Source: Octopus vulgaris
Lineage: Eukaryota
Length of the DNA stretch: 64,000 bases
NCBI GenBank assembly: GCA_951406725.2
Contig: OX597822.1
Coordinates: 52,452,001 to 52,516,000, forward strand
Reading direction: 5' to 3'
Both the position numbers and the translations under genes were made by a program. The notes under the pieces were generated by a model. That model made no database searches. It was not told the origin of the DNA and saw nothing but the letters and a program-made list of their open reading frames with translations. Positions 53,431 through 64,000 of the stretch are shown here, in pieces (positions within the stretch are counted from its first letter, which is position 1; each line of letters begins with the position of its first letter).

Positions 53431-54869
53431 AAGAATGTACACAGTTCGTTAATTTGAACTAAAACTGCTTCCATCGATAATAACGAATCTTTATTCAGCC
53501 TATTGATTAAATGCTATGTCGGTAATCTTACAATGACTGTTTAACTATTTGAGCTTGCAGCCTATTTTCGCTTAGTATATTGTACCAGTGAATACTTGCT
53601 AAAGATGAAACTCAAAAGCATAGAAATCCGAATGTAGCAATACTACCACCGCTTCTGGGCGATTATCACTTGATACAGATATATTTCTGTTGTTTAAACT
53701 GTACGCCAATTTAAAAATGCTTTCGCGAGATGAATACCGCAATTTAGAATGCTTTCAACAATATATATGTTTTATGTGTGATACAGAGATGATTGATTTG
53801 AACTAATACTGCTTCTGTCGCTGACAAAGAATTTTTATTCGGCCTTCTGGCTAAATGCGTGACCTTTCAATTGCTATATGCTTTTTATTGTCAAGTGATA
53901 TTTTACTGGTTATGGCATAAAACTTGTCAGAATGTTACCGTTGGTTTCGTGCCGAATATTGCCACTCGACAATATCGATAACTTTTCTAACATTGGTGAT
54001 GCTTGAAGCAACAAACTTCCAGCTATGACTGGAAACGCATAGCCTTTGTTATGATGGAGGTACATAGACTTTATGTTGACGGCCGTGAGTATATCTCCGA
54101 CCATATAGGCTTCTTTATACTAGACCCTAGATACGAAATTCCTTTGAATATGCTTTGGCTTACATGGAGACAACATTTGAGCCATCTCTAGAGATGGACA
54201 AGCGCAGGAAAAACCTGATACACACTCTTAATTCTCTAAGACCCAAGATTACAATAGAGACTAACCAAACCGTAATTAGATGTAACACTCGATTTGGGCA
54301 CAGTTTCAGACGATCTTTACACAAAATCAAACGAGAAGCTTTCGTACATCAACACAGCTGCCTGTGACTCGCTTATCGAGTTTCAAAACAAGGTAAAGGG
54401 TGTCAGTGGAAGTATCTTGAATCTGTCGTTCAATAAATGTCTCCGATGAAGTAGACTCCATTCTATAACGAGGCTTTTGGCAACCAGCAGTTTCAGGGCC
54501 GTATTAATTACATGCCCTGCTCCAAGACCCACAAGAAAAGTACTGCTGCAAAGTCATTTGATTAGCAGTTTTTCTTACCTGAGTGGGTAGAGTCTTCCTT
54601 AGATTAGTGAGATATTTAATAGACATAACTTACAGATCTCGTTCAGCTGCACAGCTAGTATCAAAACATATTAGTTGGTACCCGCAAGCTGCGGCTCATG
54701 TAGGGTTTACGGTAACTGCCGAGTTAATAGTAAAAGCAAAACAAAACGAAGGGTGGGGCCAACCAATACCAATAGGATGACGTGTATACAGAAATACGTC
54801 AAGGCAACGGGGCACTTTAAACCCATGGAAGGTGTAATGTTACAAATTTATTTACCTATACGGCAATTT

Positions 54870-55178
54870 GGAGGCGCAATGGTCCAGTGGTTAGGGCAGC
54901 AGACTCGCGGTCGGGGGATCGCGGTTTCGATTCCCAGACCGGGCATTGTGTGTTTATTGAGCGAAAACACCTAAAAGATCCACGAGGCTCCGGCAAGGAG
55001 TGGTGGAAACCCCTGTTGTACTCTTTCGCCACAACTTTCTCTCACTCTCTCTTCCTGTTTCTTGAGTAACGCTGCGATGGACTGGCGTCCCGTCCAGCTG
55101 GGGGAAACATACGCCACAGAAACCGGGAAACCGGGCCCATGAGCCTAGCTAGGCTTGAAAAAGGCGACATTTATCGTT
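54870..55178 (+). mobile_element. SINE with family-C head and different tail, 13-bp TSD
   Basis: TATACGGCAATTT at 54857-54869 and 55179-55191. Head shared with 12965-13351. Confidence 0.85.
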
Positions 55179-55311
55179 TATACGGCAATTTAGTTGCTGA
55201 ATGTTCTAGGCCGTCTCCTAATGGAAGTACAAGATGTAGTCACAGCTAGGTGGAGAGAAAAATCATTCTAATAAAATTCACATGATTTGAGTGCTTTCCT
55301 CTACTCGACAA

Positions 55312-55343
55312 GTGAAACTTTCAGGTGAAACCCTCATCAGCGG
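55312..55343 (-). ncRNA. Minimal hammerhead-like motif, possibly downstream of a decayed Penelope 3' end
   Basis: ccg-CTGATGA-GGG-tttca-CCT-GAAA-GTTT. Stems I and III are weak. Confidence 0.45.
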
Positions 55344-55653
55344 AAATTTATTTTTGCGTCTTAATCTTGTCCGTTTTTGGACTGTATACACGCTTACAGT
55401 TTACATGCTTCACCCACGGCTAACATTAATCCACGAGAAATAACTCCTCTTTCCTCTTGAAAAATATTTTCTGTTATTTTTCGTTCCACTTTTTGCAAAT
55501 ACCGACCCTGTCTAGAGTCTATATGCCCCCAGCTCTATTGTTTATATTGAAAATGCTTTTTGTTCTGACTTACTTATGGACAGCTAACATATAATACATG
55601 TATGTGGTGTGTACGTGTATGTATGTCTGTTTATACATATGAGCGTGTCTGTG

Positions 55654-55708
<55 letters not shown>

Positions 55709-56218
55709 ACAAAAGGACAATAATAGAAAAACTCAGAAGTAAACAGAAAAATAGAAAATAATTTAGAGCATTGCTTTCAGTATATTTGGCATGCACCGTT
55801 TTCTTTTATCAAGTAACCATAAACTCTATGCAACTGCGGGGCAATATACACAGAAGATATCAACACTAGGTAGGTTGAGCAAAAGAGTACGATAATAAAA
55901 TCTAGTTGACAGTTCAGAGAAAGGAATATTTGATATTTGTTGTGGTGGTTGTGGTATATTATGTTTGTTATTGTCGTTAATGGAACACGTAGTGCTAGAA
56001 GCTGACCTGTTGAAGATGTTGTGGATGTTAATGTTAGTATATATATACTTCATATGTGTATCTGGTTTGTAAGATACTTTATCTGAATAATATTGGCATA
56101 ATAACTCTCCCTAGACACAACTATATATATAATGAAGAAATAAAAGATTTTTTCCAAAATGCTGACAACATTTTTTCTCAATATATATATATATATATTC
56201 ACATATATACATATATAC

Positions 56219-56304
<86 letters not shown>

Positions 56305-56308
<4 letters not shown>

Positions 56309-57050
56309 TCCCTCACCACGATGGGCTGCGTGCACTGAAACACTTCCTAGACCTCCGAACCAATCCCCAACCCTACACCTCCACACTCGTTCGTCTGGCC
56401 GAACTTGTCCTCTCACTCAACTGCTTCTCGTTCGCGGGTGATTTCTACCAGCAAATCTCGGGAGTGGCCATGGGAACGAGAATGGGCCCCAACTATGCGA
56501 ACCTGTTCGTTGGCTATGTTGAGGCCCAAATATTCTCAAGTTCCACCGGTCCCACTCCAGAGCTATATGGCCGTTATATTGACGACTGTGTCGGTGCCAC
56601 CTCACTCTCCCGCGAACATCTAGACTCCTTCCTCTCTTTTGTTAAATCTTTCCATCCTGCCCTCCATTTCTCCTGCACTATCTCTGACACCTCTGTCTCC
56701 TTTCTTGACATTTCGGTCAGCATTAATCACTCCACTCTTACCACTTCCATCCACTATAAACACACAGACTTACACTCATACCTCAACTTCTCCTCCTCCC
56801 ACCCCAAACACACCAAGCTTTCCATCCCCTATTCCCAATTCCTCCGTCTACGCAGGCTCTGCAGTGACGACCATGACTTTGAGACTCAGTCTCAACTCAT
56901 GGCTCGCCACTTCATCCTACGTGGATATTCCTTCACCACTATCCACACCGCCCTTACCAGAGCACGTTCGGTGGACCGTGCATCTGCTCTCTCCCCCCGA
57001 ACCCGCCCTGCAGTCTCCCGCCTCTCTTTTCCCCTCACCTACCACCCAAC
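56305..57050 (+). mobile_element. Penelope-like RT core fragment, open frame
   Basis: VIPHHDGLRAL...QISGVAMGTRMGPNYANLFVG...YGRYIDD...SFLD...YKHTDLHSYLNFSSSHP..SIPYSQFLRLRRLCS. Begins directly after (TA)n(GA)n. Confidence 0.93.
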
Positions 57051-57059
57051 TTGCCAATC

Positions 57060-59020
57060 CGGTCTCTGAAAGCTTGACGCGCCGGGAAGGACACGTTCAG
57101 CTTCCAGTATCTGGGTCCCTGCCTATGGATCCTATCTAGGTCAACAGTACAGATCACACACTTGTGGTCTGTAGTTGACGAATTCAGATTGTGAACACCC
57201 TATGCTCTTCCTATCTGTTGGCCTACAAAATACCCAGTCTAGAGAAGATCTGGAAGACCCAATACTGTTTTCCAAGTCCACACTGGAGTGTTCGGGAAAT
57301 CCAGTCTGAACCTGTCCGCCAGCTGGAAACGACTGTCTTTCAAGGCTTTTTCCACATGGTCGCGTTTAGCATTTTCTTTTTAAAGTTTGTTGTGGGTGTT
57401 TGTGATGGTACTGGTGACTTTGGTGTATGTTGTGTTGGTGTTGTCATCAGTGTGTCTGTGTTTACCGTTTCTTGGATTTCTCCCTTTCTGTGTCTCTTGT
57501 ATTTCTTTTGGTGAGGTGGGGGCTTCCCCTCATCATTACTTGAATGCGCGGAGGAGTCCGTCTTGTATGTTTTCTTCTGGTGTTGTTTGTTTAGGTGCTC
57601 TTGTAGTTGTTGTTGTTGTTGCTTCTGCTACACTAACTTCCACCTCAGCTACTGGTGCTACTCCCACTGCCACCTTTACTTAACATGCCTGTTTTGTCTC
57701 CTTGGGTTCAAAATATCTGTTTCTATTCCCTTGCTTTTCTATTGTCGTTGTTGTTGTTGTTTGCATTGATTTTGTTGACTCATGGGTTGTGGTACTTTCG
57801 TTTGGACATTTTTTCTGCACTTCTCTTCTGGTTCTGTAGGTAGTGAAACCGTAAGAGACCTGTTGAACCTCAATCGTGGCACCTCAGCCATCTGCCCTCC
57901 ACGTTCGCCCTTAGTTCTACTCCACTGGAGAGGGAAATCAGGTCTAGGACGTTCTCTAACTGCTCCGGCTCCACGTGAAGAAGAACCTCCAAGATAGTCC
58001 AAACCTAATTCTCTCTCCTCGATCTTTTAACATCCAGGAGATTCTCTCCGCAGTCCGAACAAATACAGGCGAGAATCCACCATAAATCCTAGCCTTGTGG
58101 GACTCCAGGTACTGTAATTCGTAATTCCCATGTACGTTTCTCGGTGCGACGTGTGACCACCGAATTCTGTTTCGCCTGCTCCTCGGTCTTAAAAAAGGAC
58201 CTCTACTCCATCGAAATGCGCCACTCCCGCAAATGTGGTGGATATCCTACCACATGTCTTTCAAGGCTTTTTTCCACCTGGTCGCGTTTAGCATTTTCGA
58301 GTTTCCTTGTCTTTGTGTTCACGCACCTGTAGACGACAACTGTCCGTTTGGCTGTTGCTTCGAGCACGTCGCTTGGAGGCGTCGATTCTGCCCTCCTTCC
58401 ATTCATTTCCGTATATTTTGCTGCCTTGTTTAGTTTTTATATTTTGTTTTCCAGTGAGATGTTAACTAATTTCTTAGCTGCCGTGATATTTGCAAAAGTT
58501 TCTTTCCCACCGCTAACTCCACTTTCGTTAGATTCTTCGCGGCAGTTGCTTTCAATGTTGTTTTGCGTGCTTCTACGATTTCAATGTAGTGAGGAAGACT
58601 TTACTCCTTACCTTCCTCTAGCTTTCTTTCTGCTTTTCCTCTTCTTTCTTCTTTTCTTGACTCTTCATTTCCTCTTCTTCTTCCTTCTTTTCTTCCAGCT
58701 GTCTACTGCCAATCATGGTGGGGAGGACGGGAAAGTCCTCGAGCAAATTGCCGTACCACCACCTTTCTTCCTCACTCCCGCTTTTCGTCGCCATTTTCAA
58801 TGTTTACTTTCTTTCTTCGAAGCAAATTTTCGAAGAAATTTGAAAACAAAAAGGTTTGTATCACCTCCAAAATGGGGCTTTGGTTAAGAAACGTCAGTCC
58901 TCCCCTCCCCTCAGAAAGGCAACTGGCTTGCAAAACGATTTCACCAACAAAATACAGCATAAAACCTTTTAAAAGAAGTGAATTAAATATAAACTTACAG
59001 CGCTCCAAAAACATACCTCC
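57060..59020 (-). mobile_element. Possible retroelement 5' region or ORF1 relic
   Basis: Charged low-complexity ORF pieces on the minus strand, and a direct repeat of about 42 bp at 57333-57375 and 58255-58298. No diagnostic motif. Confidence 0.3.
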
Positions 59021-59039
59021 AGCTAGGCGATAACAATAA

Positions 59040-60310
59040 CACAGGACAGAAGGTATATGGTTACCAAGTGGTGAAATGATGAAAGCAATTCAACCTCAAT
59101 CCAGCTATAAATACCTGGAAATACTTGAGGCAGATCGAATCAAACACCACGATATGAAGGAAAAGACAAAAAGGGATTACCTGCAGCGAGTAAGAAGGAT
59201 TTTGGCTTCAAAGCTGAATACCAGAAACAAAATTTCAGCAATAAACTCGCGCGCAGTAGTTCAGTATGGCACTGGAATCCTGAAGTGGACAGAGGAGGAG
59301 CTAAAGGAGATGGACAGGAAGTCGAGAAATCTCCTAGCGATGCAGACACTGATTTCCTATACAAGAAGAGAGCAAATGGAGGAAGAGGGCTAATAAGAGT
59401 GGAAGACTGTTTATGTATTGAACACGAGAGCTTAATGAGATACCTAACTCAAAGTAAGGAAACTGTGCTAGTGTCAGTTAGGAATGAGAGAGTATTGAAA
59501 GCAGAGAAAAAGGGGAAAACAAAAGAAGTACAAAAAGGACATGAAGAAGAGTTACGCAAGAAACAGAGAGTGCTATGCTGGCAGCGCAGGATCAAGCTCT
59601 GACCACGAACTGGAGGGTCAACCTGAGGAATGATTAAGTATCTCTGCTGTGCCGCATCTACAATAGAGTGGATGAAACTATTGCCCATTTCACGAACGAA
59701 TGCCCTAGATTTGCCAAGACCATTACAAGTTGTGGCGACACCATCAGGTAGCGAAAGTGCTTCATTGGAATCTGTGCGAAAAGCGGGGACTAGAGAGAGG
59801 TAAGATGTGGTATGAGAACAACCCCCAGAGAGTGGCAGAGTCGGAGACTAGCAAAATTCTCTGGGATTTCTCATTCCAAACAAATCAGGTGCTCGCATAA
59901 CAGACCGAACCTAGTGGTGGTGAACAAGGTGCACCACATATGCTATATAGTTGACGTTGCATGCCCCTTCGATCCGCGGATAGTCAAAAATGAAGGCGAA
60001 GGCGAAAAGATAGTGCCCTCTTAACTACGAAATTGCCCGGCTATGGAAAATGAAGAAGGCGAAGATAGTGCCAGATATTGTCGGGTTCTTGGGAACAGTA
60101 TCAGAAGGCCTCAAGAGAAATATAAACGAAATTAGAATAAAGTGCCCAGTAGAACTGTTACAAAAGTTTTGCCTCCTTGGCACGGCCAGAATAATCAGGA
60201 AAGTATTAGATTGCTGAAAAGAACGAATAGCATGGTACCGTAGGGTGCAGGTAGTAAGCCCGCTACGTATGCAAAACTCCAGGAGCTCCAATAAAACCTG
60301 TGATAAAGAG
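59040..60310 (+). mobile_element. R4/Dong-like (RLE) LINE 3' part with (TAA)n tail
   Basis: YKYLEILE, KLNTRNKISAINS, LYKKRANGGRGL, ETIAHFTNEC, RHHQVAKVLHWNLC, HNRPNLVV..IVDVACPFD, LQKFCLLGTARIIRKVL. (TAA)n at 60312-60440. Confidence 0.9.
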
Positions 60311-60322
60311 AAAATAATAATG

Positions 60323-60386
<64 letters not shown>

Positions 60387-60406
60387 TGATGATGATAACG
60401 ATAATG

Positions 60407-60439
<33 letters not shown>

Positions 60440-60454
60440 TTTTCTATTATAGGT

Positions 60455-60648
60455 ACAAGGTTTGAAATTTGAGCGGAGGGGACTAGTCGATTGCATTGAC
60501 CCCAGAGTTTCACTGGTACTTAATTTATCGATACCGAAAGGATGAAAGGCAAAGTCAACCTCACCGGAATTTTGAACTCAGAACGTAACGACGGGCGAAA
60601 TACCGCTAAGCATTTCCTCCAGCGTGCTAACGATTCTGCCAGCTCGAA
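60455..60648 (-). mobile_element. SINE family B
   Basis: Family match. Further minus-strand copies lie at 48135-48320, 61420-61595 and 63080-64000. Confidence 0.85.
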
Positions 60649-60654
60649 GGGCAC

Positions 60655-61330
60655 GGAAGAATGGATTCTTGCTGCCTAAGGACAAGTTTTACGAACTGAC
60701 TCAATCAAATTTAGCATTGATAAGACAGCAGTATCACCTTTGTGTAGACTATGGAAAGTTATCTGTAATAAACATATAATTAGTGAAAACTCAAAGTTGG
60801 AGCAAAAGGGGTAAATAAAATACCATGACAAAGTAGTAGAGCGAATTTGCCGGGAGTTGTGCGATAAGTATTGGCTAGAATTTTCCAACAAGTGGTATGA
60901 GCATCAACCTTTGCCAGTAGCAGAGAATGATTAGATGGAATTCATATGGGATATACCAATATACACAGACAAAAAGTTGCAGCACCACCGACCAGATATC
61001 ACTCTCTAATTGAGTTTAAACAATGGACCTGCATTGATGTAGATATACCTGCAGAGCAGAATATTGTGAAGACAGAGGACAAGAAATTCGGAAAGTACCA
61101 AGACTTAGGATTGGAAGTGAAAAGAATCCATGGAGTCTCAAAAGTGAAAGTGGTACCTATTGTGATCGGTGCACTTGGGACCATCTCAAAAAGAGCAATA
61201 TTCCGGCTTCAAACGCTGCAAATACCAAATTCGGCTTCAAACGCTGCAAATACCAAATTTCTTAGGAAGTATCCAGATGGCAACAATACTTGGAACAGCT
61301 CGTGTGTTGAGGAAAGTTTTGCGTCTCTAA
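60655..61330 (+). mobile_element. Second R4/Dong-like LINE 3' fragment
   Basis: LCRL..HIISE, HDKV, KWYEHQP, HHRPDI, CIDVDIPAEQNIVKTEDKKFGKYQDL..EVKR..VVPIVIGALGT. Confidence 0.85.
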
Positions 61331-62447
61331 GCTGCGGTATGGAACTGAGACGTGACATAGACATAGATAGATCAGGAATTAACCGAATAAATAAAATAAT
61401 AATAGTAATGATCTCAAATGTTGACACAAGGCCAGCAATTTCGGGAGAGGAAGTATGTCAATTACATCGATTCAGTGTTCAACTGGTACTTATTTTATCG
61501 ACCCCGAAAGGATAAAAGGCAAGGTCGACCTCAGCGGAATTTGAATTCAGAACGTAATGACGGACAAAATGCCGTTAAACATTTTTTCCCGGCGTGTGTG
61601 CCGAGTGTCGTCTGTGACAGCTTGGTCAAGCGCGCTGCATGGACGGAGGTTACATTCTTAAAGATTTCTTCTAAGGTTAGCTTCGATCCGGATCCTGTCC
61701 AACTGGCCGTCCCTGTAATATATGTATGGTTGGGAAAAAGGATTTCTGTTCAATGCACATCGAACTAGAACTACAGGTGGTTATAATTTCGGTCCGTTTA
61801 ACCAAGAAACATCGTATGAAGACAGGGTTCAAATAGCCGTGGATGAGGGGAATTAACTTCGGGTGGTAAAAAACACAAAAGTGGAAAACATCTGCACCAC
61901 CCGTATTGGTTGATGACAATAAGGACTGCGTTTTTTCAGTACGAATAACATTGCATTTGATGTGTCGGTATAATAAGGGCATAAGAAGAACGGGGTGGGG
62001 AATGAAGGGAAAAGAAGAAAAGAAAAGAAAAGGTTAAAATGTTTTATCATCTCCTTAGATACACGGTAGCTGAAAACAAGTGTTGTGTGTGTGAGAGTCT
62101 GTGTGAGCGCGCGTGTGTATGATTACTTCTCATATGTGCCTTTGTAGTTGTACACAGCCAAGTTTAAGTATATATTCATTTAAAGGGTCTCTGATGGAGA
62201 ATCTTTGTAATGTCTTGGAAATTTTTACGGTGCCACTTGGATTTGGAGGATGAATGGTCAGTTTCTGTATGGATCGCTGATGTGAATGGAATCGTAATGG
62301 AGGACTACATTACTTGACTGCTGTTTCACAATATATATTATAGTGAATGTAAATGATTTAAGTTGTTAGTCACAGTTTTGCACCGAGGTAGCTAAATGAG
62401 ACCATCTTTTCAAACAGGTTGTTATAGAAAATAACTTTTATTAAAAA

Positions 62448-62750
62448 CTAGCAGTATCGCCCGGCGTTGCTCGGGTTTGTAAGGGAAATAACTATATAAG
62501 CATTTTTAGAGTGTTACTTCCCTCATATAAACCGAGCAAAAATGCATTAAAAATGCGGAAAATGATGGAAATTTTTTTTTTAAATCGTAGACTCATCGTA
62601 GACGCGCACTAATACCCAGAAGGGCTCGATATGAATCACGACTATAAGACACCCACTTTTGGTTAAACTGCACCGCAAAATGTGGGAGTAGTTAGGAATC
62701 TAAATCGGAGTAGACAGACACACACACAACTTCAGTTTTATATATAAAGA
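62448..62750 (-). mobile_element. Short non-autonomous Helitron
   Basis: Minus strand A|TCTTTATATATAAAA ... CCCGAGCAACGCCGGGCGATACTG-CTAG|T. The 3' end is shared with 50774-51942. Confidence 0.85.
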
Positions 62751-62769
62751 TGTGTTCTTTTATAGTTCC

Positions 62770-63020
62770 TGACATGTGATTAGCATGCCGCAAAAAAGGA
62801 TCTCAAGAGAGATTCTTCAAGCTAAGCCAACCGGCATGAAACCTGAAAGCAGACCAAGAACAAGATGGTTGTATAATATCCAGAGTCGTAGCTTGTCACG
62901 CTTGGGAATCCATCAGGAATTTTTAATGACGCCTGTTTCTGATAAACCCCATTAGAGGAGGTACCTGAGAACTCTACCCACCACTCTTCCAGGAATAGTG
63001 GGCGGCAAAATGGATGGATG
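62770..63020 (+). mobile_element. RTE-like LINE 3' fragment
   Basis: ILQAKPTGMKPESRPRTRWLYNIQ...RLGI. Confidence 0.6.
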
Positions 63021-64000
63021 GAAAAATAGTTCCTGACAGAAGAAAATAATATTGTATACCCCACCGCAGACATTTCAAGTTTTGTCACAAGGCGAGCAGT
63101 TTTAAGAGAGAGGTTAAGTTGAATACATCGGCCCCAGTCCTCAACTAGTACTTATTTCATCGACCTCGAGAAGATGAAAGGCAAAGTCGACCTCAGCTGG
63201 TTTCAACTTTGAACGTAGGAAAGCGAAAGAAATACCATTAAGCATATTTCCGATGCGCTTACCGACTCTGCACGTTCTCTACTTAATTATAATAATGATG
63301 ATAATGATTTCAGATTAGGCACAAAGCTAAAAATTGTAGGTGGGGATCAATTATTTCGACTTCAGTACCTGATCTGCACCTTATTTTATCTTTTGGGAAA
63401 AGGTGAAATTTTTCGTCTTTCGCTATAATTCCATTCAGAACCAGGATCCTTTGTAGGGATATCAAACCAACCAGATTTGCGGAAGGCTGAAAGGCGAGGT
63501 GACATCAACGGGGTTTGAAGTCAGAACGGAAGGGACTGCATTCTGACCAATGCTTTCACCACTCTCCCAATCATATCGACCCGAGTATTTAACTAGTACT
63601 TTATTTTATCCGCTAGAGAATAGCTAAGTCATCCACGCTGGAATTTTAAATCAGAACCTAAAGGGACGTGACTAACCCCTGCGAAGTATTTTGTGAATAA
63701 TAATTTCTAATTTAGACACAAGGCCAGCTGTTTTGAGGGAAGGAGAAAGCTGATTACATCGAACACAGCATTTGACTGATACTTTACTTTATCGACCCTG
63801 GAAAGAAGAAAAGAAAAATAGGCCTCGACGAAATTCGAACTCTGAACGAAAGAGCTACTGCAAGGTGCACTAACATTTGTTTCAATCCACTGATCGTATC
63901 AACCAGAACATTTAACTGGTATTTTGTTTAATCTTCTGGAAAAAGTTATCAAGTAAATTCGATAGCAATCAAATGGTAAAGGAACGTAACTAAATATCAC

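Noticed and set aside
53450-53860. Diverged direct repeat about 345 bp apart
   Set aside because: Short and old, with no associated structure.
56056-56304. N-terminal part of the 337-aa ORF
   Set aside because: Chance read-through of AT-rich DNA and TA/GA repeats. Only 56305 onward is RT.

Overview
AT-rich, microsatellite-dense eukaryotic DNA. The SINE families look like those of Octopus or a related coleoid cephalopod (inferred from repeat content only). One minus-strand multi-exon gene runs through most of the window and is largely missed by the ORF track. I rebuilt seven GT-AG coding exons with matching phases (41442 to 12631, 1059 nt, 353 codons). They encode a signal peptide plus tandem ependymin/LolA-like repeat domains. 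A probable upstream exon lies near 48.8 kb, and the 3' end was not found in the window. The introns and flanks hold tRNA-derived SINEs, RTE, CR1-group and R4/Dong-like LINEs, Penelope-like RT and GIY-YIG relics, hAT and Tc1/mariner relics, and two non-autonomous Helitrons. The most striking signal is a set of largely unrelated short elements between (TA)n/(CA)n tracts. Many are fold-back palindromes, and many carry type I hammerhead-ribozyme motifs, some with unusual cores. Several lie on the strand of the host pre-mRNA. Most ORFs in the supplied track are microsatellite translations.
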